From a bacterium (lineage in GTDB: Bacteria > Patescibacteriota > Dojkabacteria > JAKAPS01): a DNA stretch of 64,000 bases. This document shows, one piece after another, positions 40,874 to 51,311 of this stretch. The notes below the pieces were generated by a model that was not told where the DNA came from, did not search any database, and saw nothing but the letters and a program-made list of their open reading frames with translations. The position numbers were made by a program, and so were the translations under genes. The stretch spans positions 1,586 through 65,585 of the forward strand of contig JAKAPS010000004.1 of assembly GCA_021806925.1 (NCBI GenBank), written 5' to 3'. How positions within the stretch are numbered: the stretch's first letter is position 1; each line of letters opens with the position of its first letter.

Positions 40874-42205
40874 TTATTCCTTCCTTACTTTTTCCATATC
40901 GTTGAATCTTGCATATTCTTTAGTAAAGAATAATTCAGCCATACCAGTAGGACCATTCCTATGCTTTGCTATATATATTTCTGCTATACCTTTTTTTTCT
41001 GATTCTGGATTTGTAGCATCATCTCTGTTTATAAACATAACAACATCTGCATCCTGCTCAATTGCACCAGATTCTCTTAAATCTGATAACTGAGGTATTT
41101 TACTCGCTCTTTGTTCAATTGATCTTGATAATTGAGATAGAGCTAATACAGGAGTATTCAATTCCCTTGCAAGATTTTTTAAAGATCTTGATATATCCGC
41201 AACTTCAGTGGATCTATTTTCATATGATCTATTAGATGAGATTAATTGAAGATAATCTATAATCACAAGGTCAATCTTTTTCTCAACAGATAATCTTCTT
41301 GCCTTTGTCCTTATTTCAAGAATACTTTGTCCTGGAGTATCATCCAAATAAAGAGAACTCTCAGATAACTGCCCATATACATCCCCCATCTTCTCTACTG
41401 TACTTGCATCTTTTATTTTTGCCATTCTAAGTTCCCACAAATTTACTCCTACTTCAGATGCGACTAATCTGTAAGTTAATTCAAGATTAGACATTTCAAG
41501 AGAGAATATTGCAACTTTTTTATTGTGTCTAAGTGCTGCATTTCTTGCAATATCAAGAGCAAATGCACTCTTTCCTACTGATGGTCGTGCTGCGAGAATA
41601 ACTAAGTTACTATCTTGAAGACCTCCTAATATGTTATCAATTGATTTGAATCCAGTAGGCACACCTCTAAATGTATCCATCTTGTTGTCTGGATCCATTG
41701 AATTTTCATATGCACTTTTTAATAGATCTTTAATATGTATAAAATCGGATGTATTTCCGCTTTGGGATATATCAAATATTTTTTTTTCTGCTTCATCAAG
41801 AGCAGATTCAATCGTTCCTGTCTCATTTATACCAAGAGAACTGATCTCACCTGCTACTGTTATTAAACTTCTTCTAATGTACTTATCCCTAATTATATGA
41901 CCATACGATTGTGCATTTGATACGCTTGGGACATCTTCAACAAGAGTTGCAAGGTACGATTTTCCTCCTATCTTATCCAACTTTTTATTCCTTTTTAAAA
42001 GATCTGCAACTGTTAAAATATCAATAGGATCACCTTCGGAGAACAATTCAATCATTCCTTCAAATATTAAGGAATTCGCATGACTATAGAAGTAGATTGG
42101 ACGCAAAAAAGATGCAACATCGGTAATTGCATTTCTGTCAAGCAATATCGCACCAAGTAATGACTTTTCTGCATCAATATCCTGTGGTGGAACTGTATCT
42201 GCCAT
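40874..42205 (-). CDS. dnaB: Replicative DNA helicase
   Basis: AARPSVGKS, IDYLQL, LSQLSR, DLRESGAIEQDAD, KHRNGPTG. Confidence 0.98.
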   Translation of the reverse strand: MADTVPPQDIDAEKSLLGAILLDRNAITDVASFLRPIYFYSHANSLIFEGMIELFSEGDPIDILTVADLLKRNKKLDKIGGKSYLATLVEDVPSVSNAQSYGHIIRDKYIRRSLITVAGEISSLGINETGTIESALDEAEKKIFDISQSGNTSDFIHIKDLLKSAYENSMDPDNKMDTFRGVPTGFKSIDNILGGLQDSNLVILAARPSVGKSAFALDIARNAALRHNKKVAIFSLEMSNLELTYRLVASEVGVNLWELRMAKIKDASTVEKMGDVYGQLSESSLYLDDTPGQSILEIRTKARRLSVEKKIDLVIIDYLQLISSNRSYENRSTEVADISRSLKNLARELNTPVLALSQLSRSIEQRASKIPQLSDLRESGAIEQDADVVMFINRDDATNPESEKKGIAEIYIAKHRNGPTGMAELFFTKEYARFNDMEKVRKE

Positions 42206-42227
42206 ATATTCTTATATAATCAAACTT

Positions 42228-42887
42228 TTAAATACTTTTTTCAAGTAGATATATTAGATACTGCTCTCTATCTTCCGGAATCATATCACGGGTTAATTTT
42301 AATGTCTTTACCGTTTCGTGAGTTTTACCACTTAAAGATAAGAACTTATCTACATCATCAAGTCCATCTATTCCAAGATCTTTATTTCCATAATGCATTG
42401 GTATCACTATTCCAGGTTCTAATTGATCTATTACATCTAGTGCCTCTTTTGAATCTATTGTATACTTACCTCCAACTGGAACAAATAGCACATCAACTTG
42501 ACCTATTTTCTCTATTTCTTTTACGGATAATTTATCTCCTAGATCTCCTAGATGGCATAAAAATATTCCTTCAAGGAATATTGTATATACTGTATTCAAT
42601 CCCCTTTCTGCACCTTTTACTTTATCATGGTATGTAGAAATACCTTCAATAAAGACATCCTTCAAATCATACTCCCCTGGCGTTTCTATATGAAAGTATG
42701 TTTTGTCAATATCATTATCTAATCCGTAATGATCAGGATGGCTATGAGATGTTAGAAGAATATCAATATCCTTTTGGTGAGGAATTTTACCCATCTTTGC
42801 AGCGATAGGGTCAATTAATATGTTGACTCCCCTACCCTCATCTGATGATATTTTAAAACACGCATGAGTTATATATTGTATTTTCAT
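42228..42887 (-). CDS. MBL-fold metallohydrolase
   Basis: THACF, SHSHPDH, HLGDLG, IPMHY. Confidence 0.9.
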   Translation of the reverse strand: MKIQYITHACFKISSDEGRGVNILIDPIAAKMGKIPHQKDIDILLTSHSHPDHYGLDNDIDKTYFHIETPGEYDLKDVFIEGISTYHDKVKGAERGLNTVYTIFLEGIFLCHLGDLGDKLSVKEIEKIGQVDVLFVPVGGKYTIDSKEALDVIDQLEPGIVIPMHYGNKDLGIDGLDDVDKFLSLSGKTHETVKTLKLTRDMIPEDREQYLIYLLEKSI

Positions 42888-42966
42888 GAATTTAATGTAA
42901 TTATACTACAGTTAAAATTAAAGTACCTAACCTTCATACAAAGCATATTAAAACATACTCTTTTTA

Positions 42967-43362
42967 TTATGATATTAATTTTCTGAATTTTGCAGTTATC
43001 CTATCATGGAATGAATTTACAACATAGAACCCCGATTCAAACATCAAAGTATTCAGGAATACTATATATATCACTGATAATACTATTGAGATTGCTTCAA
43101 GATATTGCAATGGAGTATTTGATAATTGAAATCCATTCATAAATCCAAGAATAGTTGTGTTCAATGAGAAACTTCCGAATATTGATGTCTCCAGAAATGC
43201 TTCTAAAGCAAGTGCTAAAGACACTATTATATTCCTGTATTTTGCCTTTTCATCAAAAACATTATATAAAGCTCCTAAAAGGAATACAGTTATAAAGGAA
43301 TGCAACACAAACCTAACACAAAGTGCAAATAACAAATATTTTAAAAAGTTCTCCTTATTCAC
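42967..43362 (-). CDS. Hypothetical membrane protein
   Basis: 3 hydrophobic segments, coupled to the upstream ORF. Confidence 0.6.
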   Translation of the reverse strand: MNKENFLKYLLFALCVRFVLHSFITVFLLGALYNVFDEKAKYRNIIVSLALALEAFLETSIFGSFSLNTTILGFMNGFQLSNTPLQYLEAISIVLSVIYIVFLNTLMFESGFYVVNSFHDRITAKFRKLIS

Positions 43363-43765
43363 TTATTTGAGGTTCATCATCATTTGGAAGATCATTAGGA
43401 TCAATCCCATATTTACCTAATATTGTTAATTCATCATTTGGCTTACCAGCTTGTACATCAGATACAAGTGAATCAAAATCCCCTATTGCTCCTTTTAATT
43501 CATCTCTAAAAATATCTAAGTATCTTATTAAATTAGGACTCGAATTTGCAATATCACTAAGTTGACTTGCATCCATACTAAAAAGACTTGGATCAGATAC
43601 AAGTTTTTTTTCTTCTTCAGTTAAAAATGTCAGGTCTTGTTTAGACATATTTGCACTTGCCATAACAACAACCTGTTGTAATATTGTTCCTGATTCTTCA
43701 TTACTAAATCCTAAGCCTGATAACTTAGATTGAAACTCTATCAATAAATTTTTTATATCATCCAT
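43355..43765 (-). CDS. Hypothetical acidic protein
   Basis: 136-aa ORF, TGGTATAAT close to ATG. Confidence 0.65.
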   Translation of the reverse strand: MDDIKNLLIEFQSKLSGLGFSNEESGTILQQVVVMASANMSKQDLTFLTEEEKKLVSDPSLFSMDASQLSDIANSSPNLIRYLDIFRDELKGAIGDFDSLVSDVQAGKPNDELTILGKYGIDPNDLPNDDEPQISE

Positions 43766-43842
43766 ATACCCATATATTATACCATGTTGAGATTAAATGC
43801 AATTAGAATGATAAAATAGCACTTGAATCTAAAACAGATGAA

Positions 43843-44076
43843 TTATTCATATAAATATTTATCAATATTTGTAGAAATATCAGTTATATCTGTATGAATT
43901 GCGTTGTTAGAAATCCATAATAATGCCTTTACACTATTTTTCTTCTTACTCTCTTTTTCTAAACCTGTTTCTAGGAGTGTCCTAATTACTTCTGCAACTG
44001 GTCTGTTTTTTCTATGTGCAAGTATCCTAATACCTTGATAAATTGGTTTTGTTAAGTATACTTGTGTTCTTATCAT
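43843..44076 (-). CDS. Ribbon-helix-helix (CopG/VapB-like) antitoxin-type protein
   Basis: MIRTQVYL beta strand, VAEVIR helix, C-terminal DISTNIDKYLY. Confidence 0.8.
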   Translation of the reverse strand: MIRTQVYLTKPIYQGIRILAHRKNRPVAEVIRTLLETGLEKESKKKNSVKALLWISNNAIHTDITDISTNIDKYLYE

Positions 44077-44085
44077 AATTATATG

Positions 44086-44129
44086 CTATATGTTAAACAT
44101 ATAATATATAAATAGTTTGTATTTGTCAA
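44086..44129 (-). promoter_or_regulatory. Promoter and palindromic operator of RHH gene
   Basis: TTGACA-N17-TATTAT followed by TATATGT-N3-ACATATA. Confidence 0.55.
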
Positions 44130-44508
44130 TATTATCTTGTGTGATTTATGAATTTAGAAAATAAATGAATTAACCATTCTTATATTATAGCGTTCTCATA
44201 TAAAACGGGAAGCATAGAATCAAACTAAAAATACACTAATACAAATACTGCTAACTCACCTTTTAGAACGTCGATTAATGCTGTTTTCTCCTGATATTAA
44301 TATAAAGTATTTATATGGTTACTTTGGAATAATAACAACAATTTTATAAGACACAATCTGTTCAAGCCTTCCCAAGGCATATTATAACAATATGTGGCAG
44401 TATTTATGTAAATAGATTGTCAGGTTATTTTCTTATAAAGGATATATCATTTTATCTCATTGTGACTTCTTGTTCATGCAGAGTATAATAATTTTGAAAG
44501 AAAATGTA

Positions 44509-45270
44509 ATGAAAAACACATTTGTTTTTATTGACGAGAGTGGTACTAAAAAGCAAGATAGATTTTTTCTTGTTGGATTTTTACGCCTAACAAATCCAGA
44601 TAAATATTTCAAAACATATAGTTTATATAAGGATAAGTTATATGGGCGGAGCCGAGAAGAGAGAGTAAAAAGAGTAGCGTTATTACATGATGAGAATAAA
44701 ATACATGAATTAGCACTTTTAGCTAAGAATCCAAGTAAATTCGAACTTAAATATTCAAAAATTAACAAGGATAATCAAGACATTTATAAAAAATTGTTGG
44801 AAACCCTATGTGATATAGGATTTCATTTTGTCGTTATCGGTATTGACCGTCGAGACCCTAGTTTTCATGATACTTCTGGACTTATTGCATCGTATAAAAG
44901 AATTATTAATCAATACCTTCAAAAATATGGCAAAAAAGACGATTGCATATTACTTGATGATTTTGGAATACAAATAGTAAATATTTGTGAACAGAAGCTG
45001 TTACCAGATTATTTTATACGGATAAGATCGGAATCTCTAATCTATATGGAAATTGTTGATATTTTGACTGGGCTCTCAGGATTTGCCATGCACAATTGGG
45101 AAGTGAGTAAGAAAGATCAAGTGCGAGAAGGTATATTAAGAACATTTCAAGCAAAGCTAGAAAAACAAATTAAAGTTAATCAAACAATAGAAACTGAAAA
45201 AATATATTATTCAACGTGGGTTTTGAATTTCAGTAAGGGCCATGGACATTACCCCAATCCCTTACAATAA
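44509..45270 (+). CDS. DUF3800-family RNase H-like protein
   Basis: FVFIDESG N-terminal motif, ILLDD, SESLIYMEIVDILTG (S....Q..D equivalent). Confidence 0.8.
   Translation: MKNTFVFIDESGTKKQDRFFLVGFLRLTNPDKYFKTYSLYKDKLYGRSREERVKRVALLHDENKIHELALLAKNPSKFELKYSKINKDNQDIYKKLLETLCDIGFHFVVIGIDRRDPSFHDTSGLIASYKRIINQYLQKYGKKDDCILLDDFGIQIVNICEQKLLPDYFIRIRSESLIYMEIVDILTGLSGFAMHNWEVSKKDQVREGILRTFQAKLEKQIKVNQTIETEKIYYSTWVLNFSKGHGHYPNPLQ
45228..45266 (-). ncRNA. Putative antisense hairpin RNA overlapping DUF3800 3' end
   Basis: GTAAGGG...CCCTTAC stem starting 7 nt after TTGTAT-N17-TACAAT (45301..45273); 3' end uncertain. Confidence 0.6.
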
Positions 45271-45617
45271 ATATTGTAATATATTTTCACTTTGAATACA
45301 AATCAGAGTAAGGTGAACTATTTTCACTAGATTCCGTATTGCAATGCTTTTTTAAACAGAAGAAGCAAAATTACGTTGGATAAAATATGTTTTAGTAAAG
45401 TACACACTTTTATATACCTGCTTAACCCTTCTACCTCTATGGAAAAAAGGGTGAATAGCTACATAGTGAGTAAGGGAGAATATGAAGAGATAATTCTAGC
45501 AAAATATCACGGATTGTGTATATTAAATGAAACTGAATCGAAAAATCAAAAAAGTGGTATTAATATAAGGAAGCTGTTAATCGTACAGCTTGATATGGTT
45601 ATAAGGAAATTGAAAAA

Positions 45618-45704
45618 CGGAGAGGGTGAGATTCGAACTCACGGTATGCGTTAACATACGACGGTTTTCAAGACCGTTACCATAATCCACTCGGTCACCT
45701 CTCC
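45618..45704 (-). tRNA. tRNA-Ser(UGA), no encoded CCA
   Basis: GGAGAGG acceptor stem, ACGGT-CTTGAAA-ACCGT anticodon arm, long variable arm, GTTCGAAT. Confidence 0.95.
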
Positions 45705-45801
45705 AATAACTTTCTAGTGTATTATACCTTACCTTACGCATATATATCAATAAGATATTTTTTATGATATAATGTTAACACAAAAGTTGAAGTAGTAATC
45801 T

Positions 45802-46122
45802 ATGAAAAAAAATATACATCCTACATCTAACATGGTGAATACGACATGTCTTTCATGTGGAAAAGCATATGTTATAAAGAGTACATATAGCACAATAAAG
45901 GTTGAAATATGTTCAAATTGTCATCCATTTTATACAGGGCAACAAAAGATTGTTGACTCTGCAAATAAGGTAAGTGATTTCAATAAGAGATTAGCTCAGA
46001 AATCTGATAATGTAATTTCAAGGAAAGATAAGAATAAAAATAGAGCAAAGCATACAGTTACAGAGATAAAAGGAGAAAGAACACTAACTCTTAAAGATAT
46101 GTTACAACAGTTCAAAAAGTGA
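45802..46122 (+). CDS. rpmE: 50S ribosomal protein L31
   Basis: MKKNIHP, CLSCG, EICSNCHPFYTG. Confidence 0.96.
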   Translation: MKKNIHPTSNMVNTTCLSCGKAYVIKSTYSTIKVEICSNCHPFYTGQQKIVDSANKVSDFNKRLAQKSDNVISRKDKNKNRAKHTVTEIKGERTLTLKDMLQQFKK

Positions 46123-47120
46123 TTCAAAATCTCTCTGATTTAAAGAAACGTATTGAAGAAACCGAAAAGAGTGATTTATTAGGTCTATCAATTTTAAATC
46201 AGTATAAAAGATTCCTTGAATCAGATATCGACATTGATAAACAATTAGTTGATTTAGATTCAATTGATTCTCCTGAACTTAAGGAATATATAGAAGAAGA
46301 AAAGCTCAAATTAAAGGAGAATAAGCAAAGTAATTACCAAACATTCCTAAATAATGTAAAAAATATATATCTGGAAGATGATTTTCAGAATTGTATAATT
46401 GAGTTAAGAGCTGGTGCTGGAGGAAATGAAGCATCACTGTTCGCAAACGATTTATACAGTATGTATACAAATTATTGTAACATCAAAAGGATAAAATATG
46501 AGCCACTTTTTACATCATACTCCCCTGCTGACGGTTTTAAGGAAGTAGGATTTAAAGTTTATGGAGGTTACTACAGCTTTAAATACGAAGGAGGAGTTCA
46601 TAGAGTCCAAAGAGTTCCAGTAACTGAAAATATGGGTAGAATACATACATCAACTGTAAGCGTGGCTATATTGCCAGAGATATCTGATACAGACTACAAA
46701 ATATCAGATAATGATCTTAAAATTGAAACATTTAAAGCATCTGGACCAGGAGGCCAAAAAGTGAATAAGATAGAAAGTGCAGTTAGAATAACTCATATTC
46801 CAACAGGACTGACTGCATCATGTCAGGATTCAAAATCACAACACATGAATAAAGCAAATGCACTAGAATTGATTAGATCGAGAGTATGGAGCTACTATAA
46901 ATCAAAAGAGGAAAAGCAAATCCAATCCTTAAGAACTGCTCAAATAGGTCAATCAATGAGAGCTGAAAAGATAAGAACATATAACTTTCCACAGGATAGA
47001 GTTACAGACCATAGAATAAATAAATCATTTTCAAATATATTTAAAATAGTAGATGGAAATAACTTTGAAGATATATCAAGATCACTCCATGAATTCTATG
47101 ATTTACAAATACTTGATTGA
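46119..47120 (+). CDS. prfA: Peptide chain release factor 1
   Basis: GVHRVQRVPVT (PxT), GPGGQ, RTYNFPQDRVTDHR. Confidence 0.95.
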   Translation: MIQNLSDLKKRIEETEKSDLLGLSILNQYKRFLESDIDIDKQLVDLDSIDSPELKEYIEEEKLKLKENKQSNYQTFLNNVKNIYLEDDFQNCIIELRAGAGGNEASLFANDLYSMYTNYCNIKRIKYEPLFTSYSPADGFKEVGFKVYGGYYSFKYEGGVHRVQRVPVTENMGRIHTSTVSVAILPEISDTDYKISDNDLKIETFKASGPGGQKVNKIESAVRITHIPTGLTASCQDSKSQHMNKANALELIRSRVWSYYKSKEEKQIQSLRTAQIGQSMRAEKIRTYNFPQDRVTDHRINKSFSNIFKIVDGNNFEDISRSLHEFYDLQILD

Positions 47121-48027
47121 TCCATTATCTAATACATATAACGAAGAAGTACTTCTATTTTCATATATATTTGAATTAGATTATTCTACATTTCTTTTGA
47201 ATAATATAAATAATCAAGATAAAAAGAGTAGATATAATGATAACAAGTCTATTTCAAACAAATACAATGCTAAATTAGACGAACATCTCTTGAAAAAATT
47301 TGAATTTCTAAGGAAAAAGATCGTATTTGATTCTGTACCAGTTCAATATATTACGAAAGGTGCATATTTCTTTAAGGATAAATTCTACGTTAACAACAAT
47401 ACACTTATACCGAGAAGCGAAACTGAATTCATACCAGAATTCATATTAAATTGGATTGATACACATACAAAAATTAAACCCACTTTATATATGGATAATA
47501 TAGATGTATTGGATATATTCACAGGAAGCGGAGCTATTGGACTAAGTATTGCAAAATATTATAAATCTAGAATTAAACCTAATATATATTTATCGGATAT
47601 TTCTGAGTCTGCATTGACTGTAGCAGATATAAACAGGAAAACTCTTGTTCCTAATACACCAGATATAAGATTAATAAAATCAGATTTATTTAAGAATAAA
47701 AGAATTAAATATATTAAATTTGATGTCATATCTGCCAATCCTCCATATATTCCAAGACGGAGTATGAGAAAATTAAATGCTAGGGTAAAAAATGAACCAC
47801 GTATAGCCCTGTTTAGGAAAGGCTCAAACATCATAAGAATATTTCTTAAACAAGTTGTTTCTCACATTAAAGAAAATAATAGCATATGTATAACAGAGAC
47901 AAATGACAATGACTTTAAGTTATATAAATATATTAACAAAAGGACAAAGAAGAATCACCCCTCTTTCAAGGTATCATATATAAAAGATATCTATGGAATA
48001 CATAGGTACATTCTAATTGAAACCTAA
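47053..48027 (+). CDS. prmC: Release factor glutamine methyltransferase
   Basis: LIPRSETE, DIFTGSGAI, NPPY; follows prfA; true start may be slightly downstream. Confidence 0.92.
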   Translation: MEITLKIYQDHSMNSMIYKYLIDPLSNTYNEEVLLFSYIFELDYSTFLLNNINNQDKKSRYNDNKSISNKYNAKLDEHLLKKFEFLRKKIVFDSVPVQYITKGAYFFKDKFYVNNNTLIPRSETEFIPEFILNWIDTHTKIKPTLYMDNIDVLDIFTGSGAIGLSIAKYYKSRIKPNIYLSDISESALTVADINRKTLVPNTPDIRLIKSDLFKNKRIKYIKFDVISANPPYIPRRSMRKLNARVKNEPRIALFRKGSNIIRIFLKQVVSHIKENNSICITETNDNDFKLYKYINKRTKKNHPSFKVSYIKDIYGIHRYILIET

Positions 48028-49206
48028 ATAATTCAGTGCATAATTCATCTGAGTATCAGTTCCATTTTGAATATCTGTGCTACTTAAATTAACAATATCA
48101 TTAGGAACTATCGGGCTTGAGTTGTTAATCCATCTTCCTGATGGCAAAAGCCAATGGTCTACAGTAACATGTAGAGCACTTCCATCTGGAAGGTTATATA
48201 CTACTTGAGCAGTCCCCTTTCCAAATGTATCAGTCCCTATAACAGTTGCTCTTTTATAGAATTGCAATGCTCCTGTAAAAATCTCTGCTGCACTTGCTGT
48301 ATTCTGATCTACAAGCACAACTATCTTTGTACTTTGCGGAATAATTGGATTAAACTGAGTTGCGTAGCTCGTCTTATTGCCGTTTCTATCTTCCTGATAA
48401 GCAACTATTGTATTATCTGGTAGTATTGATGAAGCTGCATAAACTGCAGCATCAAAGTATCCACCAGGATTACCCCTTAAATCAAAAATTATACTACTTG
48501 GATTATCTGATTTAACTTGTGACATAGTAGTATCCCAACTTGATTCCCAATCAGCAAGTGTAGTATCAGAGAATCTTGTAACTTGTACTACATCAACAAC
48601 ATTACCATTCTTGCCAATTTCTTTTGTAACATATTCACTATTAACATGTATTGCAGCTCTAGTTATATTTGTTGTATATATCTGCCCATTCTTATTCATA
48701 AGTTCAATTGTTACAACAGTTCCAGGTATCCCCTGTATCATTGAAGCAACAGCTGATAAACTCATTCCTGTTTTTATATCAGTAGAGTTCACTTTTAATA
48801 TTATATCCCCTATATTTATTGGTGAACTTGCAGCTGGAGTTTTTGGCAAGACTTCATCAATCTTTATTTCAGAATTATAGTAGCCTAATTTAACTCCTAT
48901 ACCTGATAGGTTATTACCTGCCAAGTCACTATTAAATGTAGTGTTTTCACTAGGTGTAAGATAAATTGTACCAACATCATTTAATGATCCGACCATCCCT
49001 TGAATTGATGCATTAGTCAAATCTGTTTGATTCAATGATTTTGAATAGTATACAGTATTCAAAAGATTCCTAACTGTCAAGTAATCATTTACATTAGCAA
49101 AATTAATATTTTCAAAGTATCTATTTGCAAAGAATCCTAAAACAAAGAAAATAATTCCAATTGCGGATATATTTAGAATATTTATTAATTTAGTGTTTTG
49201 TTTCAT
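48013..49206 (-). CDS. S41 carboxy-terminal processing protease with PDZ domain
   Basis: GIGV, DLRGNPGG, TASAAEI, TFGKGT. Confidence 0.93.
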   Translation of the reverse strand: MKQNTKLINILNISAIGIIFFVLGFFANRYFENINFANVNDYLTVRNLLNTVYYSKSLNQTDLTNASIQGMVGSLNDVGTIYLTPSENTTFNSDLAGNNLSGIGVKLGYYNSEIKIDEVLPKTPAASSPINIGDIILKVNSTDIKTGMSLSAVASMIQGIPGTVVTIELMNKNGQIYTTNITRAAIHVNSEYVTKEIGKNGNVVDVVQVTRFSDTTLADWESSWDTTMSQVKSDNPSSIIFDLRGNPGGYFDAAVYAASSILPDNTIVAYQEDRNGNKTSYATQFNPIIPQSTKIVVLVDQNTASAAEIFTGALQFYKRATVIGTDTFGKGTAQVVYNLPDGSALHVTVDHWLLPSGRWINNSSPIVPNDIVNLSSTDIQNGTDTQMNYALNYLGFN

Positions 49207-49332
49207 TTTAATTGATTTCTCTTTTGTTTTTTTTACGCTCTTTATTTATTCTACTTCTTCTTAAGTTCTTAAGCACATAGTTATCAATTTAATTGAATTT
49301 AAATTAAATCTATGTGTGTAACTCAATTCAAT

Positions 49333-50142
49333 TTACACTACTGCGAAGAAGTCATCAATATCTAAAGAAATTGAGCAAGCTACTTTACGCCTATCATCCT
49401 CTTCCAAAGGAAAGTATACCATATTATCCCCTATGTAACATCCTTCATTTTTTTTGTTCAAAATGTATTTCCACCATTTATATTCATTCTCATTATTCTT
49501 TATACCATCGCTTTGAAATTTTCCAATAAGGACACTTGGCAAATCTTTAATATGAACTAATTCTGGATCCATTGACAAGCAAACCAGTGTAGAGAATTTT
49601 GCATTAAATATGTCTTTATAGTCATCATATCCAAGATAAGTGACAGGCAAAACATCTGAATTTAATATATAGTACATGTTAGTTCTTACAACAGGAGCAA
49701 TATAGTTGGTTACAAATGCCATCATGTGGCAATTCAAGTATAAGTTATCCCCTACTATCCTAACATTTCCACCTACTGGAGAATATATACTCTCTTTCTG
49801 AGGAATAGTATTAAGTACTAATTTAGACCCATCAACAGCAACTGATGCATCTATAGGGCTTTTAATAATTAATTCGACAGGTAATATACTTCTGTGAGCA
49901 AGGATACTCCCCTTTCTTACTATATCTCCGTTTTTAACATCAAGATATTTCCCTATATTATTAGAATTCAATTTTAGTTCATCTTTCAAGTCAATAGTAA
50001 CCTCTCTATATGATATATCCCTAAGTACAAGTAAATCCCCTGCCGATACTTTTGTTCCATTCTTAACCTTTATATCATCAATATTCCTTACATCAATAGG
50101 AAATTCATATTCTAAAATTTTAGGAATCTTAAATTTTCTCAT
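49333..50142 (-). CDS. Hypothetical protein with repeated barrel-sandwich-hybrid-like motifs
   Basis: VKNGTKVSAGDLL and VKNGDIVRKGSILA...KSPIDA...YSPVGG. Confidence 0.6.
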   Translation of the reverse strand: MRKFKIPKILEYEFPIDVRNIDDIKVKNGTKVSAGDLLVLRDISYREVTIDLKDELKLNSNNIGKYLDVKNGDIVRKGSILAHRSILPVELIIKSPIDASVAVDGSKLVLNTIPQKESIYSPVGGNVRIVGDNLYLNCHMMAFVTNYIAPVVRTNMYYILNSDVLPVTYLGYDDYKDIFNAKFSTLVCLSMDPELVHIKDLPSVLIGKFQSDGIKNNENEYKWWKYILNKKNEGCYIGDNMVYFPLEEDDRRKVACSISLDIDDFFAVV

Positions 50143-51001
50143 ACATACTCAAAATTATATCAGGAATATATTTATCCTTTTTTCCAAATGTTACAAGTAA
50201 CATCCCCTTACCTTTTACTATTTTTTCTGGTACCACAATGCTATCTTCAAGACATGAAAAATCAACTGACTTATATTTACCGTCAATCACAACTGTTTCT
50301 CCAAGAAACGGATATATTGATTTTGACCCTTCGTCCCATGAATGTATATCAAGCCTTCCTGCAATATTACCAATCTTTTCGGAAGATCTAGCCCAAATAT
50401 ATGTTCCCTCCAGTTTAATACTCTTCTTTATAGCTCTTTCAACAAAATTATATGATATTTTTGATAATTGTTCATTATGCACAAGAAGTGAATAATAGTC
50501 AGAATATATTGACACTGAAAAAGCTTGATTTAATATTGTTGAGAATACAGAATTTCCTAAAACATAATCCCCTGTTACAACAATATTTTTTGATCTTATT
50601 AATATATCCTTTAAGATATAGCTTAAGGCGACAGATAAGTAATTACTTTTCTGAGGAAACAACATGCTGTTATATATTCCATCAATAGTAGTTTTATCCA
50701 TTGGAATACCTCTAAATATTTCAAATTTCTGAAATGGGATAATTTGAGTGCTTATGCCATCAATACAAACTACCTGTTTTGAATCAATATATATCAATGT
50801 GAAATCTTTATTAAAAAATGAGGATAAATAATATCTACCCATTTCTAATTCAGCAACATTGATAACAGTATTCCATGAATTGATGTTATTACTTATTGTT
50901 GGATAATAGTGAAAGTTTCTTTTTATATTTATTAGATTTAAGTCATTATCATAATAAAGAATTGAATCAAAAAATCTATTCTTTAAAACGACATTACGCA
51001 T
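50129..51001 (-). CDS. Hypothetical protein
   Basis: 290-aa ORF coupled to the next gene; TGGTATACT-N6-ATG. Confidence 0.65.
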   Translation of the reverse strand: MRNVVLKNRFFDSILYYDNDLNLINIKRNFHYYPTISNNINSWNTVINVAELEMGRYYLSSFFNKDFTLIYIDSKQVVCIDGISTQIIPFQKFEIFRGIPMDKTTIDGIYNSMLFPQKSNYLSVALSYILKDILIRSKNIVVTGDYVLGNSVFSTILNQAFSVSIYSDYYSLLVHNEQLSKISYNFVERAIKKSIKLEGTYIWARSSEKIGNIAGRLDIHSWDEGSKSIYPFLGETVVIDGKYKSVDFSCLEDSIVVPEKIVKGKGMLLVTFGKKDKYIPDIILSMYEKI

Positions 51002-51062
51002 ATGTACAGTATACCAAAGAAAATGTATTTATGTAAAAAATAGCTATAAAAATAATGAGTTA

Positions 51063-51299
51063 TTACCTGATCTCAAAAGCAATTAAAGACATTATTCTTG
51101 CACGTTTTATACTCAGCATCAACAATCTCTGATGCTTCCTACAGGTTCCAGTTTTCTCCCTTGAAAGAATCTTTCCTCTTCTTGTCATGAAACGAGCAAG
51201 AAGAAATAGATCCTTGTAATCAGGAACTAAACTATCACGACAAACTTGGCATTTTAAATTTTTCTGTATTCTTGATTTTTTCTTTTTTTGAATTTTCAT
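51063..51299 (-). CDS. rpsR: 30S ribosomal protein S18
   Basis: [25 protein letters not shown]. Confidence 0.96.
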   Translation of the reverse strand: MKIQKKKKSRIQKNLKCQVCRDSLVPDYKDLFLLARFMTRRGKILSREKTGTCRKHQRLLMLSIKRARIMSLIAFEIR

Positions 51300-51311
51300 A
51301 TTAACGTAAAT

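Noticed and set aside
45376-45654. 92-aa ORF
   Set aside because: Reads into the antisense of tRNA-Ser, TTG start, no recognisable motif; at most a relic
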